A stretch of 62,749 nt of DNA from an uncultured bacterium (GTDB taxonomy: Bacteria > Muiribacteriota > UBA6191): assembly GCA_964603885.1 (NCBI GenBank), contig CAZRWM010000002.1, forward strand, positions 1 to 62,749. Reading direction: 5' to 3'. Every line of letters starts with the position of its first letter. Positions within the stretch are counted from its first letter, which is position 1. Shown here piece by piece: positions 49,027 through 58,200 of this stretch. The notes beneath the pieces are model-generated. The model saw only the letters and a program-made list of their open reading frames with translations. It did not search any database and was not told where the DNA came from. A program made the translations under genes and the position numbers.

Positions 49027-52000
49027 ATGTTGATAGAAACCTTTGTTAAACGTCCTGTTCTAACCAACCTTCTTTTTATCTTACTATTAACGGCAGGATT
49101 TCTATCTATGAGAAATTTGCCAATGGAAGCTTTTCCAGAAATGAATTTCGGAACTGTCATGGTTACTACGGTTTGGCCTGGAGCTACTCCTGAGGATGTA
49201 CAAAGTCAGGTGACGATACCAATTGAACAAAGAGTCGGTGAGGTAGAACATATTCTCCACATGAACTCGGTGTCTAGTCAGGGTCTATCCCAGATTAGAA
49301 TAAAATTCGAAGAGACTTTGAATGATGATGATTACAAATCACTTTACACGGACGTTCAAAACAAAATACAGGAGGTCAGAAAGTTACCTAAAAATACAGA
49401 AAAACCTGTCGCTATTCTGGTGACCACTCAAGATTGGAGACCAACACTTTCGATTGCGCTTAGTGGTGGTACGGATGAACGAATACTGAAGCGCACAGCT
49501 GAGTGGCTAAAGGAGGAATTAAGCTTAGTTGAAGGTGTAGAGAGGATTAAAGAGGCGGGAATCAGAAACGGAGAACTAATCGTATCTCTGGACCAAGCAG
49601 CTATGCAAAAAGCAGCTATCGGACTAGATGAAATATTGTCAGCAGTTAAATCAAGCTCTATGAACATAAGTGCAGGAATTTTGAGATCTGATACTGGAAC
49701 AGGTGTACTTGTTAGAACAAAAGGAGAATATTCCACTCCTGATGAGTTACGCAATTTGATAATTAGAACAGGAGAGGGTACATCTACGCTGAGGCTCCGA
49801 GATATTGGTACCTTAGAATTTGATTTTGAGCCAGCGGTTGGTTATCGCAAACAGTGGGGAGAGTTAGCGATAGTATTAAACGTAAAAAAAACTAAATATG
49901 TTAATACACTAGAGCTGGTGCCAACCATACGGCGAAAAGTCGAAAAATTTAAGCAGAAAGTCAGTAATGATATACGAATCGGTTTCTTTAACGATAGTTC
50001 TGAGGATATCAATCGTCGACTCAATGTTTTACAGTCTAATCTCAGTCTGGGTATTATTTTAGTTTTTTTGATCTTATGGATTTTTATAGGACTTAAAAAT
50101 GCAGTCTTGGCAATCATTGGAATTCCTTTTAGTTTTTTAACCGGCTTCACATTTATGGAGTGGTATGGAATTTCAATAAATGAAATATCGATATTCTCTT
50201 TAGTCATTGTTTCAGGAATGGTTGTTGATGATGCAATTGTAATTCTTGAGAACATTGTACGTCATTACGAAATGGGAAAGTCGTTACAAGCAGCAGCTAT
50301 TGAGGGAAGTAAAGAAGTTTTTTACCCAATAGTCGCCTCCACTATGACTACTATTTGTGCTTTCTTACCCATGGTAATTATGACGGGAGAGATGGGTAGA
50401 GTAATGATTATAATACCCATTACAGTAACCTTTGTTCTGATAGCCTCATTTATCGAAGCATTTTTAATGTTGCCTTGCCACTTTATGGAAGCAACTTTTA
50501 TCGAGAGAAAACTCAATAGAAGTAATTTGTCTCTGAATCGTATAAATCATTTCTGGGAACGTTTGGATTATCTATTAACTTCTTTGTTGAAACCTAGTTT
50601 GGACAAACCAAAAAGAGCTCTATCCATATTTACTGTATTAGTAATTGGTTTAGCCTATCTTCCATTTTTTCTTAGCGATCATCGCTTACGACAAGAGCTT
50701 TTTCCGAGTGATGTAACTCGACTATGGATAAATGTTGAAGGCAGCAGTGATAGTACAATGGAATCGTCTCTTGTTAGAAGTACACCGATCGAAAAGGAGC
50801 TAGAGGATCGATTGGGAGATATGGTTAAAAATATTACTACTATTGTTGGCGGAGGTCTAAATGAAAACTATCATTATGTTAGAGGTGCCAATCGATGTCA
50901 GATAACAGTTGATTTAGTCGAGGTCGATGAACGCGATAAGACAAGTGATCAAATTGTAACTGAATTACGCCATGCATTTAAGAAGCTTCAGTATCCAGGA
51001 ATAAATAAAATAACTGTACTTAAAGTAAAAACGGGACCTCCAATAGGTAAGTCTGTATCTAAGCGTATCACAGGTAAAGATTTAGAGCAGCTTAATGATG
51101 CTCACGAGGAAATATTGGCAGCTCTAGCTAATATTGATGAAATTATAAATTTGGAAACGTCTCTTACAGAAGGCCAACCTCGTATTGATATTATTGTGAA
51201 GGAAGAGGCTGCCCACTTAGCAGGCCTGACCAAAGAGAGTATAGGTAGACAAATTGCCATGGTTGTAGACGGAGTCTTAGCTGGTGTTGTCCATTGGCGT
51301 GGAGAGGAAGTAGATATTAGACTTCAGTACCTTAAACACCAAATGCAAGATACAGAACATCTTTCTAATTTGATTTTAACAGGTAGGAATGGTGAAAATG
51401 TACGCCTGAAAAATGTTGCGGACTTAAGACTAAAGCAAAGCTTTTTAAGACTGAACAGATATAATGAAAAACCCTCTATTACAATTTCAGCAGATCTTAA
51501 TGGGGTCTTCTCAAAAACTGCAATAGAAACAAATGTCATTGTGGATTCTGCAATTGAGCCCATCCTAAACAAGTATCCCGGTATCCAAATCTCTGAAGGT
51601 AGTGGAGAGATGACTCAAACTAATAAATCACTAGAATCTCTCATGGAAGCATTTTACATTGCTACATTCTTGATGTACTTAATTTTAGCGACTCAATTTA
51701 ATAGTTTTACGCAGCCATTTTTGATAATGATTGCGATTCCCTACGCATTTTTAGGAGTAATATGTGGAATGGGAATATTTGATTTGCCTTTTACCATGCT
51801 AACTTATATAGCCATGGTTGGTTTAGCTGGAGTAGTAGTCAATGATACCATTGTCTTAATTGATTTTATCAATAAGGCACGTGAAAATTTGTCTCTTAGT
51901 GAAGCGGTTCTACAAGCGGCCAAAAAGAGACTGAGGGCAATCAGTTTAACAACAGCAACCACAGTTCTGGGTTTATTGCCAGTCGTGTTAGGCTTCATGG

Positions 52001-52170
52001 GAACTTCGGTAATTTGGCAGCCCATGGCAGTGGCAGTTTGTTTTGGAATTGTTGCAGCTACTAGTCTTACTTTATTTTTAGTACCTTGCTTATATTTAGT
52101 GCTCGAGCAGCTTAAACAGGTTCTTAAAAATACAAAAAACAACAAAGAGGGGCTTTACAAAGCACTTTGA
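49027..52170 (+). CDS. RND efflux transporter permease (AcrB/AcrD/AcrF family)
   Basis: 1047 aa. N-terminus FVKRPVLTNLLFILLLTAG, two 6-TM bundles, and the motifs VVDDAIVILENI and VVNDTIVLIDF. Confidence 0.95.
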   Translation: MLIETFVKRPVLTNLLFILLLTAGFLSMRNLPMEAFPEMNFGTVMVTTVWPGATPEDVQSQVTIPIEQRVGEVEHILHMNSVSSQGLSQIRIKFEETLNDDDYKSLYTDVQNKIQEVRKLPKNTEKPVAILVTTQDWRPTLSIALSGGTDERILKRTAEWLKEELSLVEGVERIKEAGIRNGELIVSLDQAAMQKAAIGLDEILSAVKSSSMNISAGILRSDTGTGVLVRTKGEYSTPDELRNLIIRTGEGTSTLRLRDIGTLEFDFEPAVGYRKQWGELAIVLNVKKTKYVNTLELVPTIRRKVEKFKQKVSNDIRIGFFNDSSEDINRRLNVLQSNLSLGIILVFLILWIFIGLKNAVLAIIGIPFSFLTGFTFMEWYGISINEISIFSLVIVSGMVVDDAIVILENIVRHYEMGKSLQAAAIEGSKEVFYPIVASTMTTICAFLPMVIMTGEMGRVMIIIPITVTFVLIASFIEAFLMLPCHFMEATFIERKLNRSNLSLNRINHFWERLDYLLTSLLKPSLDKPKRALSIFTVLVIGLAYLPFFLSDHRLRQELFPSDVTRLWINVEGSSDSTMESSLVRSTPIEKELEDRLGDMVKNITTIVGGGLNENYHYVRGANRCQITVDLVEVDERDKTSDQIVTELRHAFKKLQYPGINKITVLKVKTGPPIGKSVSKRITGKDLEQLNDAHEEILAALANIDEIINLETSLTEGQPRIDIIVKEEAAHLAGLTKESIGRQIAMVVDGVLAGVVHWRGEEVDIRLQYLKHQMQDTEHLSNLILTGRNGENVRLKNVADLRLKQSFLRLNRYNEKPSITISADLNGVFSKTAIETNVIVDSAIEPILNKYPGIQISEGSGEMTQTNKSLESLMEAFYIATFLMYLILATQFNSFTQPFLIMIAIPYAFLGVICGMGIFDLPFTMLTYIAMVGLAGVVVNDTIVLIDFINKARENLSLSEAVLQAAKKRLRAISLTTATTVLGLLPVVLGFMGTSVIWQPMAVAVCFGIVAATSLTLFLVPCLYLVLEQLKQVLKNTKNNKEGLYKAL

Positions 52171-52240
52171 CTGACCTTATAATTAGAGTAGCTTCATAGT
52201 TGTTAGTTCCAGAACTTTCTAATTTTCAATTTACATGAAT

Positions 52241-52273
52241 GCAGGCAGGGCCTCGCCTGCCTGCAATTTTTTT
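52241..52273 (+). terminator. Intrinsic terminator between convergent genes
   Basis: GCAGGCAGG / gcctcg / CCTGCCTGC forms a 9-bp GC stem (52241-52264), followed by AATTTTTTT. It lies between the RND stop (52170) and the helicase stop (52272). Confidence 0.7.
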
Positions 52274-53570
52274 ATCTTCTTTTCCTCTTTGATGGGATCT
52301 TTTTCGGTTTAGAATGTCTCTGGGATTTTCTACTTGATAATTTGCCTGATTTTCTTGCCGAGTTTGTAAACACTTTCACATTACTACTAGTCGGTTCATG
52401 AAATTTTTTATGCCCGATGTCCGTCCAAACTTTATCAATATCTAGGCGCTCATATGCTAACTGTGGAATATTTACGAGATCGAATTTAAGTTTTGATTTT
52501 TGTAGTATTCTTTTCCAACGAGGCAACTCATCTTTGCTTAGTAGAGTCAGTGCGTGACCAAGCTTCCCAGCACGTCCAGTTCTACCTAGACGATGAATGA
52601 AGTTTTCAGGGTCATCTGGAAGTTCAATACTTATGACCTTTTCTAAACCTTCCACATGGATTCCACGAGAAGTTATATCAGTACTTAAAAGTATACTGAA
52701 TTTTTTCTTATGAAATGCTTCCATAGTTTTACGTCGTTTACCGGAAGATAAATCGCCATACATTACTGAAAAATCTTCATAACCAAATGATTCCAATATC
52801 TTTTGCATGGCGATGACACGATCCGAACTTCGCAAAAATATTATCCACCTCTCTTGGGGTGCTTTATTTTGAAGTAAATAATTCAGTACATAAGGTTTCC
52901 AAGCAAATTCTACTTCCATTATGTCATGTTGTACCTCAGCAACATTTTCTTTTATATTTCCCACAGTAAATTTGACAGGATTTTTAGTTATTCTCAGTGC
53001 TAGTTCCTCAACATCAGCTCCGAATGTAGCTGAAAATAGTAAAACCTGACAACTATCATTGATACCTGAAAGAATTTCATTTACTTGTTTTTGAAAACCC
53101 ATATCAAGCATTCTGTCAACTTCATCTAGTACTAGAACTTTGATATTCTTTAAATGTATCTCATCTTGTCTTTGAAAATCCCTCACTCTGCCAGGAGTAC
53201 CAATTATTACATTCGGGTGCAAAACAATTTGGGCACGTTGTTTTTGATATGGTTGGCCACCAATTAAGAGAGCTAGGTTTCTTTTGCCACTGAATGAAAA
53301 AGGTTTTATATCATCTCTAATCTGTGTTGCAAGTTCTCGGGTAGGGGCTAAGACCAAGGCTTGAAAACCTACCAGACCATTAATAGCTTCCATCATCGGT
53401 ATTCCGAATGCCAATGTTTTTCCTGTACCAGCTTGAGATAAACCAAGAATATCTCGACCTTTTAATGCTAATGGCCATGTTCTTGCCTGAATTTCTGTCG
53501 GTTGTTTAAATTTGAGTGATCTAAGAGCAGTTAAGGTTTGTGAGCTTAAGTTATATTTATCGAATCCCAT
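52272..53570 (-). CDS. DEAD-box ATP-dependent RNA helicase
   Basis: 432 aa. Q-motif region, AGTGKT, PTRELA, VLDEVDRM (a DEVD variant), SAT, HRLGRTGRAG, and a basic C-terminal tail. Confidence 0.93.
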   Translation of the reverse strand: MGFDKYNLSSQTLTALRSLKFKQPTEIQARTWPLALKGRDILGLSQAGTGKTLAFGIPMMEAINGLVGFQALVLAPTRELATQIRDDIKPFSFSGKRNLALLIGGQPYQKQRAQIVLHPNVIIGTPGRVRDFQRQDEIHLKNIKVLVLDEVDRMLDMGFQKQVNEILSGINDSCQVLLFSATFGADVEELALRITKNPVKFTVGNIKENVAEVQHDIMEVEFAWKPYVLNYLLQNKAPQERWIIFLRSSDRVIAMQKILESFGYEDFSVMYGDLSSGKRRKTMEAFHKKKFSILLSTDITSRGIHVEGLEKVISIELPDDPENFIHRLGRTGRAGKLGHALTLLSKDELPRWKRILQKSKLKFDLVNIPQLAYERLDIDKVWTDIGHKKFHEPTSSNVKVFTNSARKSGKLSSRKSQRHSKPKKIPSKRKRR

Positions 53571-53681
53571 GGTAAGCCTTTAATATAAAAATTATTGATA
53601 ACTCTTCAAAAATCTCAACTATTATGGTCTGAAAATCTAAGCATAATTAACAACCTAACGACTAATCGTGCAAAATACCAC

Positions 53682-54188
53682 ATGAAACCAATAGTCATTA
53701 GCATTCTATCTATCATTACTAAGGCAACCTACCTTGATGGTGAGGGTATATTGAAGCATTTATAGGTAATTGGTGAATTTTTAATAGTTAGAAATGGTTC
53801 TCCTGTGACAAGAGTTGAAACTCCTGGGGATTATCGTTATGAATGGAAATAAATATTTACATAGCCTACTAATGTGGGGCTACAGTGTAAATTAGAATCC
53901 GAACCAGTTTGCGATTTTAATTCTGATATTTATATATCGTCGATTGCAATCACGGCTTTCAGGGACAAAGTCCGCTATGTTAAAAAATTGGAAAATGAAA
54001 AACTTTCCATGAGGGAAATGGATTAGGATGAAAATTATATTGAAACTATGACTTATGTTGAAGCTGTTTATTTTATTATTTGTAATCCTGAAGATGTTAG
54101 AGGTGAAATACAGTTTAATAAAACTGTAAGATTGATTCCTTTTTATCGATTCAAAACAAAGTTAGTCAGTAAGCGATATCTCAAATAA
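53682..54188 (+). pseudogene. Possible decayed ORF (one frame, four internal stops, no frameshift)
   Basis: My own translation of one frame gives MKPIVISILSIITKATYLDGEGILKHL*VIGEFLIVRNGSPVTRVETPGDYRYEWK*IFT*PTNVGLQCKLESEPVCDFNSDIYISSIAITAFRDKVRYVKKLENEKLSMREMD*DENYIETMTYVEAVYFIICNPEDVRGEIQFNKTVRLIPFYRFKTKLVSKRYLK*. The internal stops are at 53763, 53850, 53862 and 54024. Confidence 0.35.
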
Positions 54189-54191
54189 TTT

Positions 54192-54866
54192 ATGAAAAAG
54201 AATTTAATAACCAGTGAAAAATGTGCTAAGGAATGTTTAGGCGAAGGTCTATTATGCAATGGTTGTGCACTATTGTGTGTAATACTTTATTACCCTTCAT
54301 TTGCCTTTGTAAAATCTTTTGAAATGGAATTATTTGGCTTGGGATTTTTTATAGTTGTAGTTGGACTATTACTTAAATTTTGGTTTAGAACACGTAATGT
54401 TTTAGAAATTTCCTCGGGAATTTTATCAAGCACCTATGGAAATCTATTTTTTTCAAGAAAACGTTTTGTTTTAGATCTAAAAAAAGTAAAAGTGTTTAAT
54501 TTAACCGTTTCTCCATATTTTTCGAGTCTATCTACTCGTCATATTAAACTAAGACTTGTAGCTCTAGACGATACCAATATTTCTCACTTTATAGGGGAAG
54601 GATCTGATAAGTTTTGGTCATTTCTTTACAAGTGTGTTCAATTATCTAAAGACTTTAATATACCTATTGACTGTGATCTTGAATTGAATGAGTATCTGGT
54701 GCGTATATCACAACCAACAATGGAGAAATTAGAATCGGAGTATTCATACAAAATTAAAGCTATAATAGAACTGGTCACAGATTTCTTCATATGGTTAGGA
54801 GTAGCTATGACTCCATGTGTTATTTTTGTTGGGTTACTTGTATTGGTAGGTCCAAGAATAAGTTGA
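54192..54866 (+). CDS. Membrane protein (224 aa), unknown function
   Basis: The ORF has two N-terminal TM segments and one C-terminal TM segment. No recognisable domain. Confidence 0.5.
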   Translation: MKKNLITSEKCAKECLGEGLLCNGCALLCVILYYPSFAFVKSFEMELFGLGFFIVVVGLLLKFWFRTRNVLEISSGILSSTYGNLFFSRKRFVLDLKKVKVFNLTVSPYFSSLSTRHIKLRLVALDDTNISHFIGEGSDKFWSFLYKCVQLSKDFNIPIDCDLELNEYLVRISQPTMEKLESEYSYKIKAIIELVTDFFIWLGVAMTPCVIFVGLLVLVGPRIS

Positions 54867-54874
54867 TAATATTT

Positions 54875-57031
54875 TCAATTATCGTTTTCTGTAGGGGATG
54901 AAGGGATTTTTGCCAATTTACCAAAATTTAATACATCTGTTGGACATTCAACAATACATGCTGAACATCTCACACATTCCACATCATTCATAGGGATACC
55001 CTCGTTAGCAAAATTCATTACATCAATTCCTTGATGACAAACTGTGGAACAAATATTACAAGATATACACTTTTCTTTTTCAGAGAAAATTCTAAAACGG
55101 GAAAATTTGGTATAAAAGTGCATTAGAGCCGCTAGTGGACAAAATAATCTACACCAGAATCTTCCACCCAGAAAAATATACATTCCTACACCAAGTACTG
55201 AAGCGAGTGCGAAATCAACTATCCAAATATAGGCCTGTTTTAGCCAGAGATAAGTACTACTCAATCGTAACGCTTCTATGCCAGTTATAATACTCAAAAA
55301 ATTCATGAGTGTTAAAAAAACAATCCACAAGAGAATTACTTGTCCCCAATTTTCAGCTTTTTTCCAAAATGGCCCATGAGGGGTTTTTTTTCGAAAACGG
55401 TCACCAACGGTTTCAGCTAGTGCACCACAAGAACAAATCCAACCGCAGTAAGCCCCTTTTCCAAAATAAAAAATTATCCATGGAATAAATATGAAGCTTT
55501 GAGTAAAGCCATAAATTATCCAAAATGTAGTAATGCTGTTTTCCAGCCAAATGAAGGGAAAAAGTGGCCAAGCTAATATTATTCCGTAAAATCGCCAGCA
55601 ATTCGCCCCCGTCAGATAAGCCCCTGAATCCACCATTAAAATTTGTGTTTTAAACCAGACTGGTAGTAAATCCATATGACCCATCAATGGAATTAAAAAT
55701 GTAGGTAAAATCCATAGAGGTATGATTTGAATAGTTATTAGTGTTAATGTTTGTAGTTTTATATATTTAGTTGGCTTACGTCGAATTCTAAAAAAACCAA
55801 AAATTATAACGGCAATTGAGTATATGCCTCCATATATAAAAGGGGCATCTAAACTCAGCCATGTAGGCTTCCATAGTGGACTAAATGAATAAAGTGCACT
55901 GAAAATATCACCCTTTTTCCAGAGATAAAAACAAGTAAAAAATAGTATGCTTAAAACTAAAGCAATAGAATTATTTTGATTCCATTCACCTTGTAATTTG
56001 ATGCTTGATTTTTTAAAAAACTCGATTGGTAATTCTTTTCCAATCAGAGTTAAAACAAAATCATTGGTTATCTTCTGACCATCTTTGAATTCAACCTCAT
56101 TTTCTCGAATTTCTTTTACATTACTGGATGGTATTAAATTAATCTTTTTGTTTTCTTCAAGTATTTTTAATTTATCTAAATTTTCTTTTTTAGGTTTCGA
56201 TAACCGTTGAGTTCTGAATGATAAAGATACGTCCGATTCTGCCTGCGCACATGAGATAGAAGCTTCTACTGCGCTATCACCACCGCCAACAATTAACAAG
56301 CGTTTCTTTTTGTAAATATTAGGGTCTATTAATCTATTACTTACCTTATCAAGGTTCTCTCCAGGGATATTTAATCTATTGAAATTTCCGGATTTTCCTA
56401 TTGCAAGTATTATGGCTCTAGCTTTAAATGTTTGATTCAGTGAATGTGCGAGAATCATCGTATCGCAACGAGAAAGGTGCGTAACGTTAACTTTTTCTAG
56501 ATTCAAATTACTATCAGTTAGCTGTTGTTTTAGATTATTAAATAAGATCTCTTTTGAATGGCCTACAAGGTTAAGTTTTGAATGAATTTTTATATGTTTT
56601 GGTTCAAGCAAAATTGGTTTTTTTACCGGAAAATTTGCGATTGTAGAGTAAGCTTGATTAGATTCAAGAAGAATGTAATTTATATTATTTTCATTTGCTT
56701 TTAATGCGGCAGAGACCCCTGCTACCCCAGCGCCTATAATTATTAATTCAGTGCTATCTGTGTTTCGTTCAATTACTCGATCATTGATGAGCTGATCTAC
56801 AAGGTTTGAACCACTGTTAGAGGCCATTTTCAGTAGCGGAATACCAGTTAAATCTCCAGCGACATAACACCCTTTGAGTGACGTTTCAAATTTGGAATCT
56901 AATAGAGGATATTTTTCAATATTACTGTCAAAAGAACCTTTTTGTAGCCAATGTAAGTAAGTCCCAAAAATTGGTAATTTTAATAGTCCATAAGTACTTA
57001 CTTTGACTAATTTCTCAAGAGCTTGGATCAT
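54875..57031 (-). CDS. FAD/NAD(P)-binding oxidoreductase fused to a NapH/MauN-like membrane polyferredoxin
   Basis: 718 aa. Motifs LIIIGAGVAGVSAA and LLIVGGGDSAVEAS, then about 8 TM segments carrying CGWICSCGALAE and CRLFCPLAAL. The C-terminus has 2x[4Fe-4S] motifs: CISCNICSTVC and CVRCSACIVECP. Confidence 0.8.
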   Translation of the reverse strand: MIQALEKLVKVSTYGLLKLPIFGTYLHWLQKGSFDSNIEKYPLLDSKFETSLKGCYVAGDLTGIPLLKMASNSGSNLVDQLINDRVIERNTDSTELIIIGAGVAGVSAALKANENNINYILLESNQAYSTIANFPVKKPILLEPKHIKIHSKLNLVGHSKEILFNNLKQQLTDSNLNLEKVNVTHLSRCDTMILAHSLNQTFKARAIILAIGKSGNFNRLNIPGENLDKVSNRLIDPNIYKKKRLLIVGGGDSAVEASISCAQAESDVSLSFRTQRLSKPKKENLDKLKILEENKKINLIPSSNVKEIRENEVEFKDGQKITNDFVLTLIGKELPIEFFKKSSIKLQGEWNQNNSIALVLSILFFTCFYLWKKGDIFSALYSFSPLWKPTWLSLDAPFIYGGIYSIAVIIFGFFRIRRKPTKYIKLQTLTLITIQIIPLWILPTFLIPLMGHMDLLPVWFKTQILMVDSGAYLTGANCWRFYGIILAWPLFPFIWLENSITTFWIIYGFTQSFIFIPWIIFYFGKGAYCGWICSCGALAETVGDRFRKKTPHGPFWKKAENWGQVILLWIVFLTLMNFLSIITGIEALRLSSTYLWLKQAYIWIVDFALASVLGVGMYIFLGGRFWCRLFCPLAALMHFYTKFSRFRIFSEKEKCISCNICSTVCHQGIDVMNFANEGIPMNDVECVRCSACIVECPTDVLNFGKLAKIPSSPTENDN

Positions 57032-57162
57032 TTATGAGTCTAGAACTTCTACTAATAAATTTCTTTATGCTGAGCCTTAATACTAACGCTTAGATAATAA
57101 AGACTAAAATTTTTTTAGATATTAAACAATACAATGCCCTGTTTTATTAATTTAGTATTCAA

Positions 57163-58200
57163 TTAAAATAAAAAGATATGTTTTGTATCTATTACTAAAT
57201 TAACAGAGTCATTATTTTTTGGGGGGGGGCCATATATGTGAAAATATTTGATTTTGCTTCCGTCGTTTAGTTTGCAATTAATCAGATATCCTATTTCACT
57301 GCGATGGACGGATAGCACCTGTGCAGTTATATTTTTCTCATTATTAAAAGCGGGACGAATTCCTTCGGGTCTTATTACCAATAAATTATTTGACGTATTT
57401 GTTGTTTTTGAAAATATTTTCAAAGGAAATTTACCTATAGCTGATGAAGCATTCTCACCATTTACCGAGGCTCGCAAAACATTTAGTGGTCCAAAAAAAC
57501 TGGCAGCTACTAAGTTGCTAGGGTGATTGCGAACTTGTCTGGGAGATCCAGTTTGTATTAATTTTCCACAGTTAGACAATAAGACCATCGAATCGGCAAT
57601 CAATAAAACTTCCTCTGGGTCATGAGTTACCATTAAAATGGGTATCATAGCTTCTTTTAAAATTAGCAATAGTTCTTCCCGAATTTCACGCCTAAGCGAT
57701 TGATCTAAATTAGCAAACGGTTCATCCAACAACATTAAATTTGGCTCTGGTGCTAGTGCTCTAGCAATGGAAACTCTTTGCTGTTGACCTCCTGATAGTT
57801 GATGAGGGTATCGGTCACGTAACCCTTCAAGACCAATCAATTTTAATAAGTAATCTACTTTATTTTGGATAATATCTTTTGGTATTCCATGGAGTCCGAA
57901 CGAAATATTATGGAATACATTTAAATGGGGAAATAAGGACGGATTCTGAAACACCATGCCAATTTTTCGCTTTTCCGGTGGGCAATTAAAATCAGAGTTA
58001 GCTAGAGTTTGGCTGTTAAGTTTTACATAGCCAGATTGTAATGCTGTTAGGCCCGCAATTATTCGCAATAAAGTTGTTTTTCCGCATCCAGAGGGACCGG
58101 TAATGCAGCACAAACTTGCAGGTTTTACATTGAAGGATACACTTTCTAATACCTTGTTGTTCGAATAAGTGTGCGAAATATTATTAATTTCGAGCATCAA
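57163..58200 (-). CDS. fbpC: Fe3+/polyamine-type ABC importer ATP-binding protein
   Basis: 345 aa. Motifs GPSGCGKTT, LSGGQQQRVSIARAL, LLDEPF and VTHD, plus a C-terminal TOBE-like domain. Operon context with Fe3+-type SBP and permease genes. Confidence 0.8.
   Translation of the reverse strand: MMLEINNISHTYSNNKVLESVSFNVKPASLCCITGPSGCGKTTLLRIIAGLTALQSGYVKLNSQTLANSDFNCPPEKRKIGMVFQNPSLFPHLNVFHNISFGLHGIPKDIIQNKVDYLLKLIGLEGLRDRYPHQLSGGQQQRVSIARALAPEPNLMLLDEPFANLDQSLRREIREELLLILKEAMIPILMVTHDPEEVLLIADSMVLLSNCGKLIQTGSPRQVRNHPSNLVAASFFGPLNVLRASVNGENASSAIGKFPLKIFSKTTNTSNNLLVIRPEGIRPAFNNEKNITAQVLSVHRSEIGYLINCKLNDGSKIKYFHIYGPPPKNNDSVNLVIDTKHIFLF
57221..57229. repeat. G9 homopolymer (C9 on the coding strand) inside fbpC, preceded by T6
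   Basis: ttttttgggggggggcc encodes GPPPKNN near codon 323 of 345. Confidence 0.9.

Noticed and set aside
49842-50255. Long antisense ORFs from the six-frame track (for example 49842-50255, 49428-49754 and 51804-52145 inside the RND gene, 9817-10158 inside pilD, 32476-32793, 12685-12924)
   Set aside because: They lie entirely within, and opposite to, strongly supported CDS and have low-complexity, non-protein-like composition. They are typical shadow ORFs.
53763-54026. In-frame TAG codons in the 53682-54188 frame as evidence of stop-codon reassignment or readthrough
   Set aside because: TAG clearly terminates well-supported genes in this window, for example the flagellin and acs. One of the internal stops is TAA, so decay is the simpler explanation.
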